Source of the DNA: Eledone cirrhosa
Lineage: Eukaryota
NCBI GenBank assembly: GCA_964016885.1
Contig: OZ024744.1
Coordinates: forward strand, 51,398,001-51,462,000
DNA: 64,000 nucleotides
Direction: 5' to 3'
Numbering within the stretch: position 1 is the stretch's first letter; every line of letters starts with the position of its first letter. Made by a program: the position numbers and the translations under genes. Shown here in pieces: positions 10,901 to 24,790 of the stretch. The notes below the pieces were generated by a model. It searched no databases. It saw nothing but the letters and a program-made list of their open reading frames with translations, and was not told the origin of the DNA.

Positions 10901-11423
10901 CAACTTCCAGAAGTCCCTGGCCTGGCAGTGCTACCGAGGGGCTTTACCCGTTCGAGAAAGGCTCTACAGACACGGGCGCCCGGGTAGGGACCCCGCCAAA
11001 AAGATCTGTCCCAGATGCGTGTGCGACGAGGAAACCGTTGCACACGCATTAGTACACTGCTCGGGCGTAGCCGATCTGTGGGGCTATGTCGAACAACTGC
11101 TGTCAAGGGTGGGACCGATCCGGTTGACCACCGAGTCTATTGTAATGATCAAGCCGCCTCCCCCCTTCAAAGATGAAGCAGAGGCGGTGTTTCTGTGCGT
11201 AATAGCCATGGCGAAAGAGGTTGTATGGTGGACGCGTCTGAAAGGACTGAGGTCGGGCACCTTTCTCTCTGGCCAACAACTGGTCCGTTTCTTCCGATAT
11301 CATTTCGGAAGAAGGATCAGGATGGAGAGAGAGGTGCTGCACCCCAGCCGTTTCTATGAAAGATGGGTGAAAGTGGCGAGAATGGCCCGTGTGAATGGGC
11401 CTTCACTCTACATCAGACTATAG
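7986..11423 (+). CDS. Tx1 ORF2p: AP endonuclease + reverse transcriptase + C-terminal zinc-binding domain
   Basis: APE motifs LNARGL, CE, GDWN, YLDRF, SDH. RT motifs KSPGLDG, FRPITLLN, DQSKAFDRV, QGCPLS, YADD. Zinc-binding CPRC-x-ETVAHALVHC. First ATG is at 7986; the frame is open from 7962. Confidence 0.95.
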   Translation: MAMLRVGCLNARGLGSTWKQAMLLNDLRSQRIDVMVICEARISNVRQLAPTFDDFEMHASLCQPGGGGGVVVLLQKHLGLATQMVHLDPEGRLVVLDLGSGKGGAFRLVAAYGPFGSMRPDFFHRLETFLGTSRSLLLVGDWNGILDARWDYVGACPDREGCNSLKGLIGRFDLADRYRLDFPTAPTWTWANRSGSSRSYLDRFLVRIKDKDFLSCPKMRIVGYSDHKLVTCMVNLDRTHRQGPGYWKLNLSLPASRAYRNRISTLVKERLTGAIVNSRWWVSLKREIRVVSIEFSKVLAADRNRKERELIDRVEEAIRSGDVARVLASRTALSQFFDAKHEGCVVRSKIRALGNEGTKAVSWARVTEANSGTKSTIRSLRDLDGRAILEPKQMCEAFQRHFARLFGRGGEPVGNVDFGPYLDGLPRLSDREAKSCEEPISAAEIEDVLSQCGKRKSPGLDGLPYELYLAMPDLFPDLLEAVYCNWQQNGRIPCTVTKGVVTLVRKDENKGDEISNFRPITLLNTELQILAKVLAKRLALVVGNLVGDAQTCAIPSRSIHDNLHLMRYIIERVGNEPGFGGALINLDQSKAFDRVDHGYLDAVLAAAGFGPVFRGWITAIHSSRICSRVKVNGYLSEPFKIARSIRQGCPLSSLLYVLTLEPLLRKLELLQGIPLEPGLRKAVSAYADDVTVMVSTASEIEAVGTLLEEYEKFTGAKLNRDKSIGLQLGTWRGRPMPSDSVVGRWTEGPVKLLGVWFGPDLQVEKNWAEVTNRVFALTQKWTSCKLSLKGRAEVANTYIASVIYYRLTVVPCPRETLTKMERALFQFLWKRRAPMVRRSICCQHPSKGGLGMPWLMMRKHALRLRHLYVFLTGQPVWASFVRRTFPRLVSLTELQSWVKQRPRKLGAWHTECAQALTALWQADPVISGDSTATFYRGLVRSRCDDALGEALDMEEDELASLFGRTFSPGPMDNFQKSLAWQCYRGALPVRERLYRHGRPGRDPAKKICPRCVCDEETVAHALVHCSGVADLWGYVEQLLSRVGPIRLTTESIVMIKPPPPFKDEAEAVFLCVIAMAKEVVWWTRLKGLRSGTFLSGQQLVRFFRYHFGRRIRMEREVLHPSRFYERWVKVARMARVNGPSLYIRL

Positions 11424-11687
11424 GTGAGGAAGATGAAAGACCAAGGGAGCACCCCTTCTCTGTGCTCCTGAGGAGAAGGGTTGCACACTTTTTTCGGGGG
11501 TGTGTGCGACCCCCCAAGGCGCCTCCTCTCTATTGAGGATTTTGTTAAAAATTTTATTTTTTGTTATATCTTATTTTATTTTTATATTTTGTTATTGCCT
11601 CCTCCTTATTGAGGACGCCTTTTTGTGTAAACTCCCCCCTTTGTACTTGTCCCACTTTTGATGCCCTAGTGGCAAATAAAAGAAATA

Positions 11688-11750
<63 letters not shown>

Positions 11751-11913
11751 CTATCTATCTATCAATAGCTAGCTATTGATCAGTCTATCTAATTTCCTAT
11801 AGCTCTATCTATCACGTTGGTACATAGTCAGAGAGTTCACTCCGCACCTACTTGGGCAAGTGTCGCCTAACATAGCCTTCGGCTGACTAATGCTGTACAA
11901 GTTAGATTTCGCA

Positions 11914-11999
<86 letters not shown>

Positions 12000-12380
12000 T
12001 ATAAATATGGTACCAGGAAAAATCAGGAAAAAGTAGGCAGGAAGAAGTGGACAGAAAAAGAATGTATATGTCTACACACACGCACACACACATACACACA
12101 CGCATATACATATATATATATTGATATATATATTATATATACATATATATATATGCATATATATACATATATATGTATATATATACATATATATATATAT
12201 GTATATATACATATATATATATGTATATATAATATATATATCAATATATATATATGTATATGCGTGTGTGTATGTGTGTGTGCGTGTGTGTAGACTATAA
12301 ATTTGTATTATATATATGTTCATATATAGTTGCTAGCATGCTTCATTTTTATCTGATAACGTATTTACACAAGGCATATG

Positions 12381-12495
<115 letters not shown>

Positions 12496-12777
12496 TTATT
12501 TATTTATTAAACTAACAGATTAAAGTTTATCCTTATGGAGCACTCTTTGGATGTTAGTCTTCAAATTTATTATAATTACTATACATATAAATATCTATAT
12601 ATATATATATATATATTGAAAGGATAACAAGGACGATGGATATATATAAATGTATATATATACATATATATATATATATATGTATATATATATGTATATA
12701 TATATGTATATATATATATATATATATATGTATATTTATATACATATATATATGTATATTTATATATATATATATAT

Positions 12778-12885
<108 letters not shown>

Positions 12886-12946
12886 CTGCCAATACTGGAA
12901 TTGAACTATCAAGACCTTTGAGGTATGTCATACATCAATTCATGCA

Positions 12947-13008
12947 TTTTATCTGACGAGGACGTACTGAAAAAACAGCACAGTACCTTCGAAATATATA
13001 TAATAAAA
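12947..13008 (+). ncRNA. Type-I hammerhead ribozyme (PLE-type, palindromic stem III)
   Basis: TTTTAT-CTGACGA-GG.cGTACTG-loop-CAGTAC.CTTC-GAAA-TATATA-TA-ATAAAA. Stem I is TTTTAT/ATAAAA. Confidence 0.8.
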
Positions 13009-13070
13009 CATATATTTTGATTATGTGAATGTCTTAATTTATTATTATTCTGAATTATATTTATATGTAC

Positions 13071-13153
<83 letters not shown>

Positions 13154-13286
13154 ATAAACAACATAAGGTAATTATTCCATTTAGTAAATGGAATAATTGC
13201 CTTATGTTGTTTATTACATGACTATTAAGCTCTGTTACCTACATAGAGCACTCTTTTTTCCTGGACTTTTCCGACGGAATTACTTC

Positions 13287-13491
<205 letters not shown>

Positions 13492-13685
13492 TATATATAA
13501 ATATATATATATACGTGTATATATATATATGTATGTAGATTTCGACACTCTCTTCGATTACACACACTTAGATTAGACAAGCATATATTTATGTATATAT
13601 ATATGTGTGTGTAGAGATTTACATATATATATGTATATGTATGTACTTACACCCCTCGTATATATATATATATATAGGAACAAGT

Positions 13686-13862
13686 ATGACCTCGACGGCA
13701 GAGCTCAAGCCGTTTCGACGGCTAATTCTGGACTAGTTAGCTGTCGAAACGGCTTGGGCTCTGCCGTCGGGGTCATACTTGTTCCTATTACCCACTCCAC
13801 TACCCTAAGTATTGAGTACTTTGGAGCGTTATGGTCCATCTGGTTCCTTACCACACTTCCTT

Positions 13863-13866
<4 letters not shown>
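13686..13866 (+). repeat. Fold-back short element in (TA)n (also 31187-31370, partial 23190-23241)
   Basis: Inverted arms atgacctcgacggcagagctcaagccgtttcgac / gtcgaaacggcttgggctctgccgtcggggtcat, plus a shared 3' body ending ggttccttaccacacttccttcc. Confidence 0.7.
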
Positions 13867-13948
<82 letters not shown>

Positions 13949-13973
13949 ATATGTATAAATATATATATATATG

Positions 13974-14053
<80 letters not shown>

Positions 14054-14179
14054 TATATATATATATTAGTACAGATTGGTTTTACTGTAAAAATATTAAT
14101 TCAATATTTCCTTGATTACAATATTATATGATAGATAGGATTCTGGGGTTGTGGATGGTAGAAACACAGATAGGCACAC

Positions 14180-14800
14180 ACATACACACACATAGACACT
14201 CACACACGCACACAAATATATATATATATATGAATGTATGTATACACACACACACAAACATACATACACACTCACACACGCACACAAATATATATATATA
14301 TATATATATGAATGTATGTATACACACACACACACACACACACACACAATCATACACACACACACACATGCATATAAATATATATATATATATATATCTG
14401 AATGTATGTATACACATACACAAAAACATACATACACATACACGAACACAAAAATATATATATGAACGTATGTACACACACACACATACACACTCATACA
14501 CGCATACAAATATATATATATATGAATGTATGTATACACACACACAAAAACATACACACACATACACGAACGCAAATATATATATATGAATGTATGTATA
14601 CACACACACACAAACATACTCACACATACACGCACACAAATATATATATATATGAATGTATGTATACACACACAAACATATACACACAAACATACACACA
14701 CATACACGCACACAAATATATATATATATATATGAATGTATGTATACACACACAAACATATACACACATACACGTACACAAATATATATATACATATATA
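14180..14800. repeat. Compound minisatellite built from microsatellite blocks
   Basis: About 10 units of roughly 55-70 bp: cacacaaa(ta)n-tgaatgtatgtata-(ca)n-aaacata. Confidence 0.75.
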
Positions 14801-15054
14801 AATATATATTAAAATAACAGATTAAAGTTTAAGCAAAGAATCGCTGCTTTCACCCTTAACGGGATCTTCTGAAAATATATATTTGATATATATTTATCCT
14901 TATCGAGCCCTCTTTGGATTTTAATCTTTGAATTTATCATTATTACTATATATATATATATATGAATGTATGTATACACACACACATACGCACACAAATA
15001 TATATATATGAATGTACGTATACATACATACATACACACACACATATATACACA

Positions 15055-15510
15055 TGGCTTCTATACGACTAGAACTCTTTCATTCCTATCGAATCATCTG
15101 AACAATCTTGATGATTTCATAGGAAAGAAACAGTTCTACTCGTGTAGAAGCCATTTCTATATTAAATATGACGTTTATACTCTAGTAAAGGTATTGAATA
15201 CACCTTAAATCGTGGTTACCATCGTTTTTAAACTCGGAATATACATATACATACATACATACATACATACATACATACATACATACATACATACATACAC
15301 TCACATGTGTGTATATATATATATATATTTAATATAGAAATGGCTTCTACAGGACTAGAACTGTTTCATTCGGGAGAAAACACCCAAAAGCTTTCCTGAT
15401 GATTTCCTTCGAATGAAACAGTTCTAGTCCTGTAGAAGCCATTTCTATATTAAATATTTATATTCTGTTATGTATTGAGTACCTTACTGTGGTTACCCCC
15501 GATTCAACCC
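15055..15510. repeat. Fold-back hammerhead-core-bearing element family (also 19255-19445)
   Basis: Inverted arms around CTGATGA-TTTC...GAAT-GAAA-CAGTT (15396; 19386). 19337-19428 is a palindrome centred on AATT. Confidence 0.65.
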
Positions 15511-15569
15511 TACACACACGCACACACGCACACACACACGTACACACACGCACACACACACGCACACAT

Positions 15570-15649
<80 letters not shown>

Positions 15650-15684
15650 GCACGCGCACACACACACCAACGCACACACACACA

Positions 15685-15758
<74 letters not shown>

Positions 15759-15767
15759 CACCTACGG

Positions 15768-15817
<50 letters not shown>

Positions 15818-16343
15818 ACTGTTTTATTCTTTTACCTGCTCCGGCGATCCGGCTGAAGCCATGCTGGGGCACCGCCCTTGGATACATACGAACGAACAGT
15901 CGGATGGATGAACTAATATATAAATGGAGACAGAACTATTAACCATTCACCATTGTCAGCCTTAAACCCAGAAATACCCACCCCGTCTATCTCCATAACC
16001 TACGGATAATATGATTATATCGGTCATAATATTTCACATTTAATTTATTACAGTTGAAAATTTTATTTTAAATCATTTTTTATAATATATTTATTCTATT
16101 ATTTCATTATCTTATATCATTTTTTTTATTTACTTTCTTGTTTCAGCTATTACACTACGGCCATGCTGCAGCACCGTCATGATTTAGTTGATCATATCGG
16201 AACTAGTATACATATATATATTTTCATGTTTGATACTCATTTTATACAACAGCACTGTTACATGAAATAAGCAGAAACACACAGACAAACGTATGCCTAG
16301 ACACAGACACATACAGAGACAGAGACACACACACAGAAAGACA

Positions 16344-16391
<48 letters not shown>

Positions 16392-16478
16392 AACAGGGTT
16401 ACTTGTATAGGTATGCATACATACAATCATACATTCATACATTCATACTTACATACATACATAAATTCATGTATACAT

Positions 16479-16750
16479 ATGATGGCTGCCCCCTCGTTAT
16501 CGAGTATGGCCATTGCACGATATACCATTATTAATAATTATTAATTAATTCTATCTTGCAATACTTGTGCGTGAAAATATTTTTTAAAGTGAGGAAAGAC
16601 TGCACTGAGCCAATCCCACTCTCTGAGCGACACTAGCTATTACCAGAAAAGAAGAACAGATCAACGTCATCGGTAACTACTGAGCCGCAGGTTTTATATC
16701 GGAGTTATCCCAGTTTCCTGAGTTACCTTCTCCTAGAAGAATGCCCTGAC
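16479..16750 (-). mobile_element. Non-autonomous RTE-tailed short element, truncated copy
   Basis: Homologous to 37790-38130. Ends GGCCATACTCGATAACGAGGGGGCAGCCATCAT, with TATG-type repeats on both sides. Confidence 0.7.
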
Positions 16751-17025
16751 ATACATATATATATACGCACATACACACATATATACATATATACATATAC
16801 ACATATATACTTACATACATATATACATGTATGTATATATATATGTATATATGTATATATATATATGTGTATATATGTATGTAAGTCACATGTTAATCTG
16901 ACAAGCGATTCCATTACTTTCAGTGTTAGTTTGCAGCTATCATGTATGTATGTATGTATGTATGTATGTATGTATGTATGTATGTATGTATGTATGTATG
17001 TATGTATGTATGTATGTGTATGTAT

Positions 17026-17534
17026 GTTATCTCTTTCTCTTAATTTCGAGTATGTTTTTTTTTGACCGGCCACCTTCCTGGTGGCAAGGTTGTAAAAGAA
17101 AAGAAATTGTCATCCCTTGAATCGCAAGAATGTTTTGCAAACTTTGAAGGTGTCAGCTATCGCAGCCATTTGCAGACTATGAATTAGGGAGCTGCGCTTT
17201 TTGTCCGCAAATCCAAGTTCAGTCATACTTTGTTCCAAGCGGGTTGGTATATAACCCGTAGCTCCAATAATGATGGGTATGAAGCTAAAGGTGTATCTTG
17301 GATACTGGATTTGTAAACTCCTCATCAATGGTCCATAGATGTTCCCCTTCTCCTGTATTTTTCTGATAACGTTGACATCAAGTGGGCAGCTGATCTCCAC
17401 AACAGAACACGTTTTCAATGTGTGGTCCCAAACAACAATATCAGACCGGTTGTGCTTTAATTTGGTGGCAGTTTTTATTTTCAGGTTCCACCAGTATTCC
17501 TTAGTGCCATCTGTCTCAATATATTCTTCCTCGT
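17026..17534 (-). mobile_element. 5'-truncated R4/Dong-like LINE (RLE domain + 3'UTR)
   Basis: [11 protein letters not shown]...CSVVEISCP...EK..IY..L...IPIIIGATG. (CATA)n at both junctions. Confidence 0.8.
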
Positions 17535-17721
17535 TTGTATGTATGTATGTATGTATGTATGTATGTATGTATGTATGTATGTATGTATGTATGTATGTAT
17601 GTATGTATGTATGTATGTATGTATGTATGTATATGTATGTATGTATATATGTATGTATATATGTATGTATGTATGTATATATGTATGTATGTATGTATAT
17701 ATATATACATACATATATATG

Positions 17722-17754
<33 letters not shown>

Positions 17755-17926
17755 GTGTGTGTATGTATATATATGTATAGTATGTATGTTTATATATATA
17801 CATACATATATATGTATATATATATATATGTATATATATATGTGTGTGTATGTATATATATGTATAGTATGTATGTTTATATATATATGTATCTATGTAT
17901 GTACGAATATGATGGGCATTATTTAA

Positions 17927-18130
17927 TCGGAGGCGGGCAGTGGATTGTCAGTATCGGTAGGACGCAGGACACCATGCTTTACAGCATAGAGTTTTGGCCC
18001 TTTACATTCTGAGTTCAAATCCCGCCGAGTCTAACTTTTCCTTTCATCCTTACGGGGTCGATAAAATAAAGTACCAGTAATACACTGAGGTAATTGCTGG
18101 CCTTGTGCTAAAAGTAGAAACATTTATTTA
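17927..18130 (+). mobile_element. tRNA-derived SINE, near full length
   Basis: Same head, core and tail as 3290-3495. Confidence 0.85.
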
Positions 18131-18261
18131 ATCGTAGGCTATAGTAGAAGATACGCGCCCAGGGTGTTGTACAGTGCCACTAAATCCAGGCCCATGTTGT
18201 TGCCAAGTGAACTCCTTTATTTTTCCTTATACCTCACAATATATTCCTATCTATCTATCTA

Positions 18262-18617
18262 CCTTTTTTCAAATATCACTTTGGAAGAAGAATCAGGATG
18301 GAGAGAGAGGTGCTGTACCCCAGCAAATTTTATAAAAGGTGGGTGAATGTGGCAAAGATGGCCCGAGTGGTTGGGCCTTCTCTCTATATAAGCCTGTAGT
18401 TAAGGAAAGAGAGGAAGAGAGGAAGGGAGTACTCACTCTTGGTGCTCCTGGAGATGAGGGTTGTACATTTTTTCGGGGTGTGTACAACCCCTGTGTAACG
18501 CCCCCTCCCCTATTGGGGATTTCAATTGTTATTTGTTATTTAATTAATAGTTTTATTTTCATATACCTGTATTTGTATTTGACCCTTCTTTTGTGTTCTT
18601 GTGGCTAATAAAGAAAT
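18262..18617 (+). mobile_element. Tx1 3' fragment (older subfamily)
   Basis: Matches the ORF2 end and 3'UTR. ctatctatctatct precedes it and tatctatct follows it. Confidence 0.85.
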
Positions 18618-18891
18618 TTATCTATCTACCTATATACCTATCTATCTATCAATAGCTCAATCCATCCATATTTCTCCCTCACTCTCTCTCTCCCCTCTCT
18701 CTCCGCCTCTCTCTTTCTCGGTACACACAGACATATATATATATATATATATGCGTTATGTCCTTGAGCAAGACACTTTATTTCACGTTGCTCCTTCTAC
18801 CTGGAGTTGCGACCGATAGATAGTATTAGCAATTGGAAAGACCAACAGAAACATTGTTTCCTCGGTCCGATTTGACGAAAGTCGATCGTTC

Positions 18892-18937
<46 letters not shown>

Positions 18938-19108
18938 AAAGTTATATTTAAATTGTTGGGTTACAACTAGTAAATATTTATAACTGATATAAAAGCACTC
19001 AACAAATATTTGGAGTATATTTACAATATTAAATCAACCTTTTCAAATGCAAGTCGATGTTGTTACGGTATGTCGAATCTATTTATCTATAAAACTGTTT
19101 ATATTGTA

Positions 19109-19170
19109 TTTTGTCTGAGGAAGGCATAGCATATTGTTAATATGATATCCCTGAAATATATATAATGAAA
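19109..19170 (+). ncRNA. Type-I hammerhead ribozyme
   Basis: TTTTGT-CTGAGGA-AGG..CATATT-gtt-AATATG..CCT-GAAA-TATATA-TA-ATGAAA. Confidence 0.7.
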
Positions 19171-19209
19171 TAGATATGGTTTTATAAATATAGTTTCCAT
19201 TTATTTAAT

Positions 19210-19252
<43 letters not shown>

Positions 19253-19442
19253 GTTATTCCGGGTTGAATCGGAGGTAACCACAGTAAGTAAGGTACTCAA
19301 TACATAGCAGAGTATAAAAGTTTTAATATAGAAGAGATTCTACAGGACTAGAACTGTTTCATTCATTAGAAATCATCAGGAATTCCTGATGATTTCTAAT
19401 GAATGAAACAGTTCTAGTCCTGTAGAATCTCATCTATATTAA

Positions 19443-19514
<72 letters not shown>

Positions 19515-19671
19515 CCTGCATAGAAATTACCGCGAGCCCGCTGCAGAACTATGGAAGTATCTTGTTGAGTCAAACAAAGCCGTACCTTAAAACTATCCAC
19601 GACGCAGAGTACTCACAACCCCTAACTCCTAACTGGATTACCTATAACGATAACTTGTTATCCCATATATC

Positions 19672-19739
<68 letters not shown>

Positions 19740-19763
19740 GATAACAATATATATATATCTATA

Positions 19764-19866
<103 letters not shown>

Positions 19867-19884
19867 GATAACAATATATATATA

Positions 19885-19917
<33 letters not shown>

Positions 19918-20101
19918 TATATTATTATATGGAAAAGAAATCGAAATTACAACAGGAGTATTTTTAAGAATATTTATTTATTTCCTTTACCGATTTCACA
20001 GTTCTTCTGCCTTTCAAAAGTAGAGTTGATATGGAGGGTCTGTGGTTTGTGTAGCATATTATATATCACACACACATGCACACACATACGTACACACACA
20101 C

Positions 20102-20247
<146 letters not shown>

Positions 20248-20313
20248 ACATATATATATATACACACACATATATATAATATCTATATATATATATATAT
20301 AAATATCCCCCCC

Positions 20314-20345
<32 letters not shown>

Positions 20346-21337
20346 GTATGTACACATATATAAACATACATATATATATACATATACATACACACACATA
20401 TATATATATATATGTATGAATGTATACATATATATATGTATGTATATATATTCATACATATAATGTATACATATATATATGTATGTATACATATTCATAC
20501 ATATATATATATACATGGACATATATATATATAATATAATATATATATGTATTATATATATATTATATATATATTATATATATATATGTATATGTATATG
20601 TATATACATATGTATATGCATATGTATATATATGTATATGCATATGTATATATATGTATATGCATATGTATATACATATGTATATACATATGTATATACA
20701 TATTATATATATATATATATAATATATATATATGTATATGTATATATATATACATATGTATATGCATATGTATATACATATGTATATGCATATGTATACA
20801 TATGCATATACATATATATATACATATGTATATACATATTATATATATATATAATATATATATATGTATATGTATATGTATATGTTTATACATATGTATA
20901 TGCATATGTATATACATATGCATATGCATATGTATATATATGTACATGCATATGTATATACATATGTATATACATATGTATATACATATATATATATACA
21001 TATATATATATATAACCTTTTCTGTTTTCAACGGAAATTTCAATACTTATATATATATATATATATGTGTATATATATGTATGTATGAATATATATATAC
21101 ATGAATGCACACATGCACACAGACACACATACACGCATACACACACACATATATATATATACATATATATACATACATACATATATAATATATATACATA
21201 TGTATATTTATTTTTGTAGTTCCTTGGAGAAGATAGAAAGGAAATGTTCGCTGTTCACCTGGAGTTGCCAGTCTACTGTGTACTGAGCCGTAAGCACTCA
21301 CTCACAAGTGTCAACATATGTGTGTGAGGATGTGTTA

Positions 21338-21376
<39 letters not shown>

Positions 21377-21429
21377 TAAATGTATATATATATCTAGATG
21401 CATCTCTCTCTCTATATATATATATAAAT

Positions 21430-21760
21430 ATATTAAAATATAAGTATTAATAAAATAGATGTTCTTTTGATCAATTACATTTTATTATATATATTTCGGA
21501 TGTACAACAGTACGTCCTCATCAGACAAAATATAATGATACATGACATACCCTGAGATGCTAAATGGTTAAGATTTAATTTTGGTTAAGATTTAATTTTG
21601 ACTACCTTGATTAAATCTTAACCATTTAACATCTCAGGGTATGTCATGTATCATTATAATTTGTCTGATGAGGACGTACTGTTGTACACCCGAAATATGT
21701 ATAATAAAATGTAATTGATCAAAAGAACATCTATTTTATTAATACTTATATTTTAATATT
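21430..21760. mobile_element. Fold-back PLE-type repeat with a hammerhead on each strand (- 21480-21530; + 21660-21709)
   Basis: Inverted arms of ~150 bp. The + copy reads TTTGT-CTGATGA-GGacGTAC-tgtt-GTAC.CC.-GAAA-TATGTA-TA-ATAAA. Confidence 0.8.
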
Positions 21761-21857
21761 AATAACTCCTGAAAATTATTTCCTTGTTGAGTGCTGCCAA
21801 TCTACTGTAAAACTCATTCTTTGACATAATCATCGAATATTGTTTAACAACTTAATA

Positions 21858-21948
<91 letters not shown>

Positions 21949-22131
21949 GTATATATACATATGTATATATATATATATACATATGTATATATATATATAT
22001 ATATGTATATATATGTATGTATATATATGTATATACATGTATGTATATATATGTATTTATATGTATGTATGTATATTAGATTAGACATACACAAACACAT
22101 AAATATATAAACTATATATACACACACAGAA

Positions 22132-22205
<74 letters not shown>

Positions 22206-22406
22206 CGTGTATATATATATATATATATATATATATCTTTGTGTGCGCGCGCGTGTGTGTGTAGATATATATATATATATATGCATATATATATATATAT
22301 GTATATATATAATACGTATATATATATATATATATGTATGCATATATATATATATACATATATACATATTATATATATACATATTATATATAATAACACA
22401 TATAAG

Positions 22407-22438
<32 letters not shown>

Positions 22439-22551
22439 CACATAAATACACATAGGAGTATATATATATATATATATATATATAAATACTATATATTTAT
22501 ATATATATATATACATGTATATACACATATATATACATATATATATGTATG

Positions 22552-22590
<39 letters not shown>

Positions 22591-22939
22591 TATATATATA
22601 TATATAATTATATATTATGTCAAAGATTTTCCAGAGTCGGTTTTTCCGTTCTTCTGGTCCTAGTTGCTCGCTTATCAGTGGCTGTCTTCCAGTTGTACAG
22701 CTGTCTAAACGTAATGTTATAACATTAAGGTAAAATTCCCTTTTGGGTGCTTCAGCTGCCCTTTCCGACTGCATTCGTTAGCTTGGCTGCAACCAGGGCT
22801 TCGACTATGCTGTACTTCCTTCTTGTGTATATATATATATATATATATATAGACATATATATATTGATAGATAGATTATATATAATATGTATACATATAG
22901 ATGGATGGAGAGATAGATAGTGTGAGTGTGTGGAAGAGA

Positions 22940-23020
<81 letters not shown>

Positions 23021-23087
23021 ACGGTTAACTGAAGAGACAGAGTAAAAATATATTTTCAGAGGTGGTACCACTACACTTTCAACTCTT

Positions 23088-23148
<61 letters not shown>

Positions 23149-23243
23149 TATATTATATATATATACATAAATACATATATATGAAAAATGTATGACCCTG
23201 ACGGCAGAGCTCAAGCCGTTCCTTACCACAACTCCTTCGTTAT

Positions 23244-23284
<41 letters not shown>

Positions 23285-23339
23285 CTTACATATATATGCA
23301 TACATACATATATATACATACATCTACACACACACACAC

Positions 23340-23375
<36 letters not shown>

Positions 23376-23404
23376 GATATAAATATATATATATATATAT
23401 AGAT

Positions 23405-23441
23405 ATATTTCTTTATTAGCCACAGGGGCACAAAAGAAGGG
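23405..23441 (-). mobile_element. Tx1 extreme 3' tip (~35 bp)
   Basis: Minus strand cccttcttttgtgcccctgtggctaataaagaaatatatct, preceded by tatctatct. Confidence 0.7.
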
Positions 23442-23463
23442 AGATAGATAATATGTATGTATG

Positions 23464-23537
<74 letters not shown>

Positions 23538-23791
23538 CATACACACACATATATATGTATATACGTTTGAACACATTTTTTAGATAGACGCACCCATACA
23601 TAATATTAAACACACATATATATGTTTAAACACACACACAGAAATACTGACACTCATATATTACCATGTATGTTCAGAATTTATATACTTCCATACATCC
23701 ATACGTACTTTTATAGATACACGGGTACTTTTAAATATCTATATTTCTATATATATATGTGTGTGTGTGTGTATATTTATGTGTGTGTGTG

Positions 23792-23843
<52 letters not shown>

Positions 23844-23985
23844 TATATATACACACAGAGAAATATATGTATATATATATATATATATATATGTACATGT
23901 GTGTGTATTTATGTGTCTGTGTATTTATGTATATATATATATATATATACATAAAATATATATATGCCTATATATACAGAAAATT

Positions 23986-24052
<67 letters not shown>

Positions 24053-24535
24053 TATATATATATATATACACAAATATATATATGCACAAATTTTCTCTTT
24101 CTACCCTCATGAAGTGGCTAAGTGTCTGTCGGGCAGGCGGGTTATAGTAGACATAGCTGGGCAACCTAGCGACCAGAATATGTATCGTCTGATTTAATGG
24201 TTTGCCGCGAGTTATCGTTCATATCTTTCAACGGAACAACAATGGGTAGTGTAATGACACAGACAACTGGAAGACGGCAGACGAACAACAACTTTTGCTG
24301 ACAACGAGGAAATTATTCCGCTTACAGTTACATACAGCATTTAATATTAAAGTATTTTCATTGTCTATCAATTGAATACACCCACCACATGCAAATGTTG
24401 TAGGTGAGTGGATGTAGCCTGTACATGTATGTATGTATGTATGTATGTATGTATGTATGTATGTATGTATGTATGTATGTATGTATGTATGTATGTATGT
24501 ATGTATGTATGTATGTATATATGTATGTATGTATG

Positions 24536-24683
24536 TTGATCTTTCCTTCTTTTCGGGTTACAGCTACTGACGCTCAGAGAGGATGGGATTGGCTCAGTGC
24601 ACAGTCTTTCCTCACTAAAAAATATCTTCATGAAATGGTATATCATGCAATGGCCATACTCGATAACGAGGGGTCAGCTATCA
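24536..24683 (+). mobile_element. RTE-tailed short element 3' part within (TATG)n
   Basis: Ends GGCCATACTCGATAACGAGGGGTCAGCTATC(ATGT)n, with long (TATG)n on both sides. Confidence 0.75.
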
Positions 24684-24790
24684 TGTATGTATGTATGTAT
24701 GTATGTATGTATGTATGTATGTATGTATGTATGTATGTATGTATGTATGTATGTATGTATGTATGTATCTATCTATCTATCTATCTATCT

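Larger units (their letters stand above)
6304..11686 (+). mobile_element. Full-length, apparently intact Tx1-type non-LTR retrotransposon
   Basis: Two uninterrupted ORFs, a ~29-nt leader and a ~260-nt 3'UTR, with (TATC)n on both sides. Confidence 0.95.

Noticed and set aside
4604-11342. Antisense and alternative-frame ORFs within Tx1
   Set aside because: They are shadows of GC-rich coding sequence with no independent motifs.
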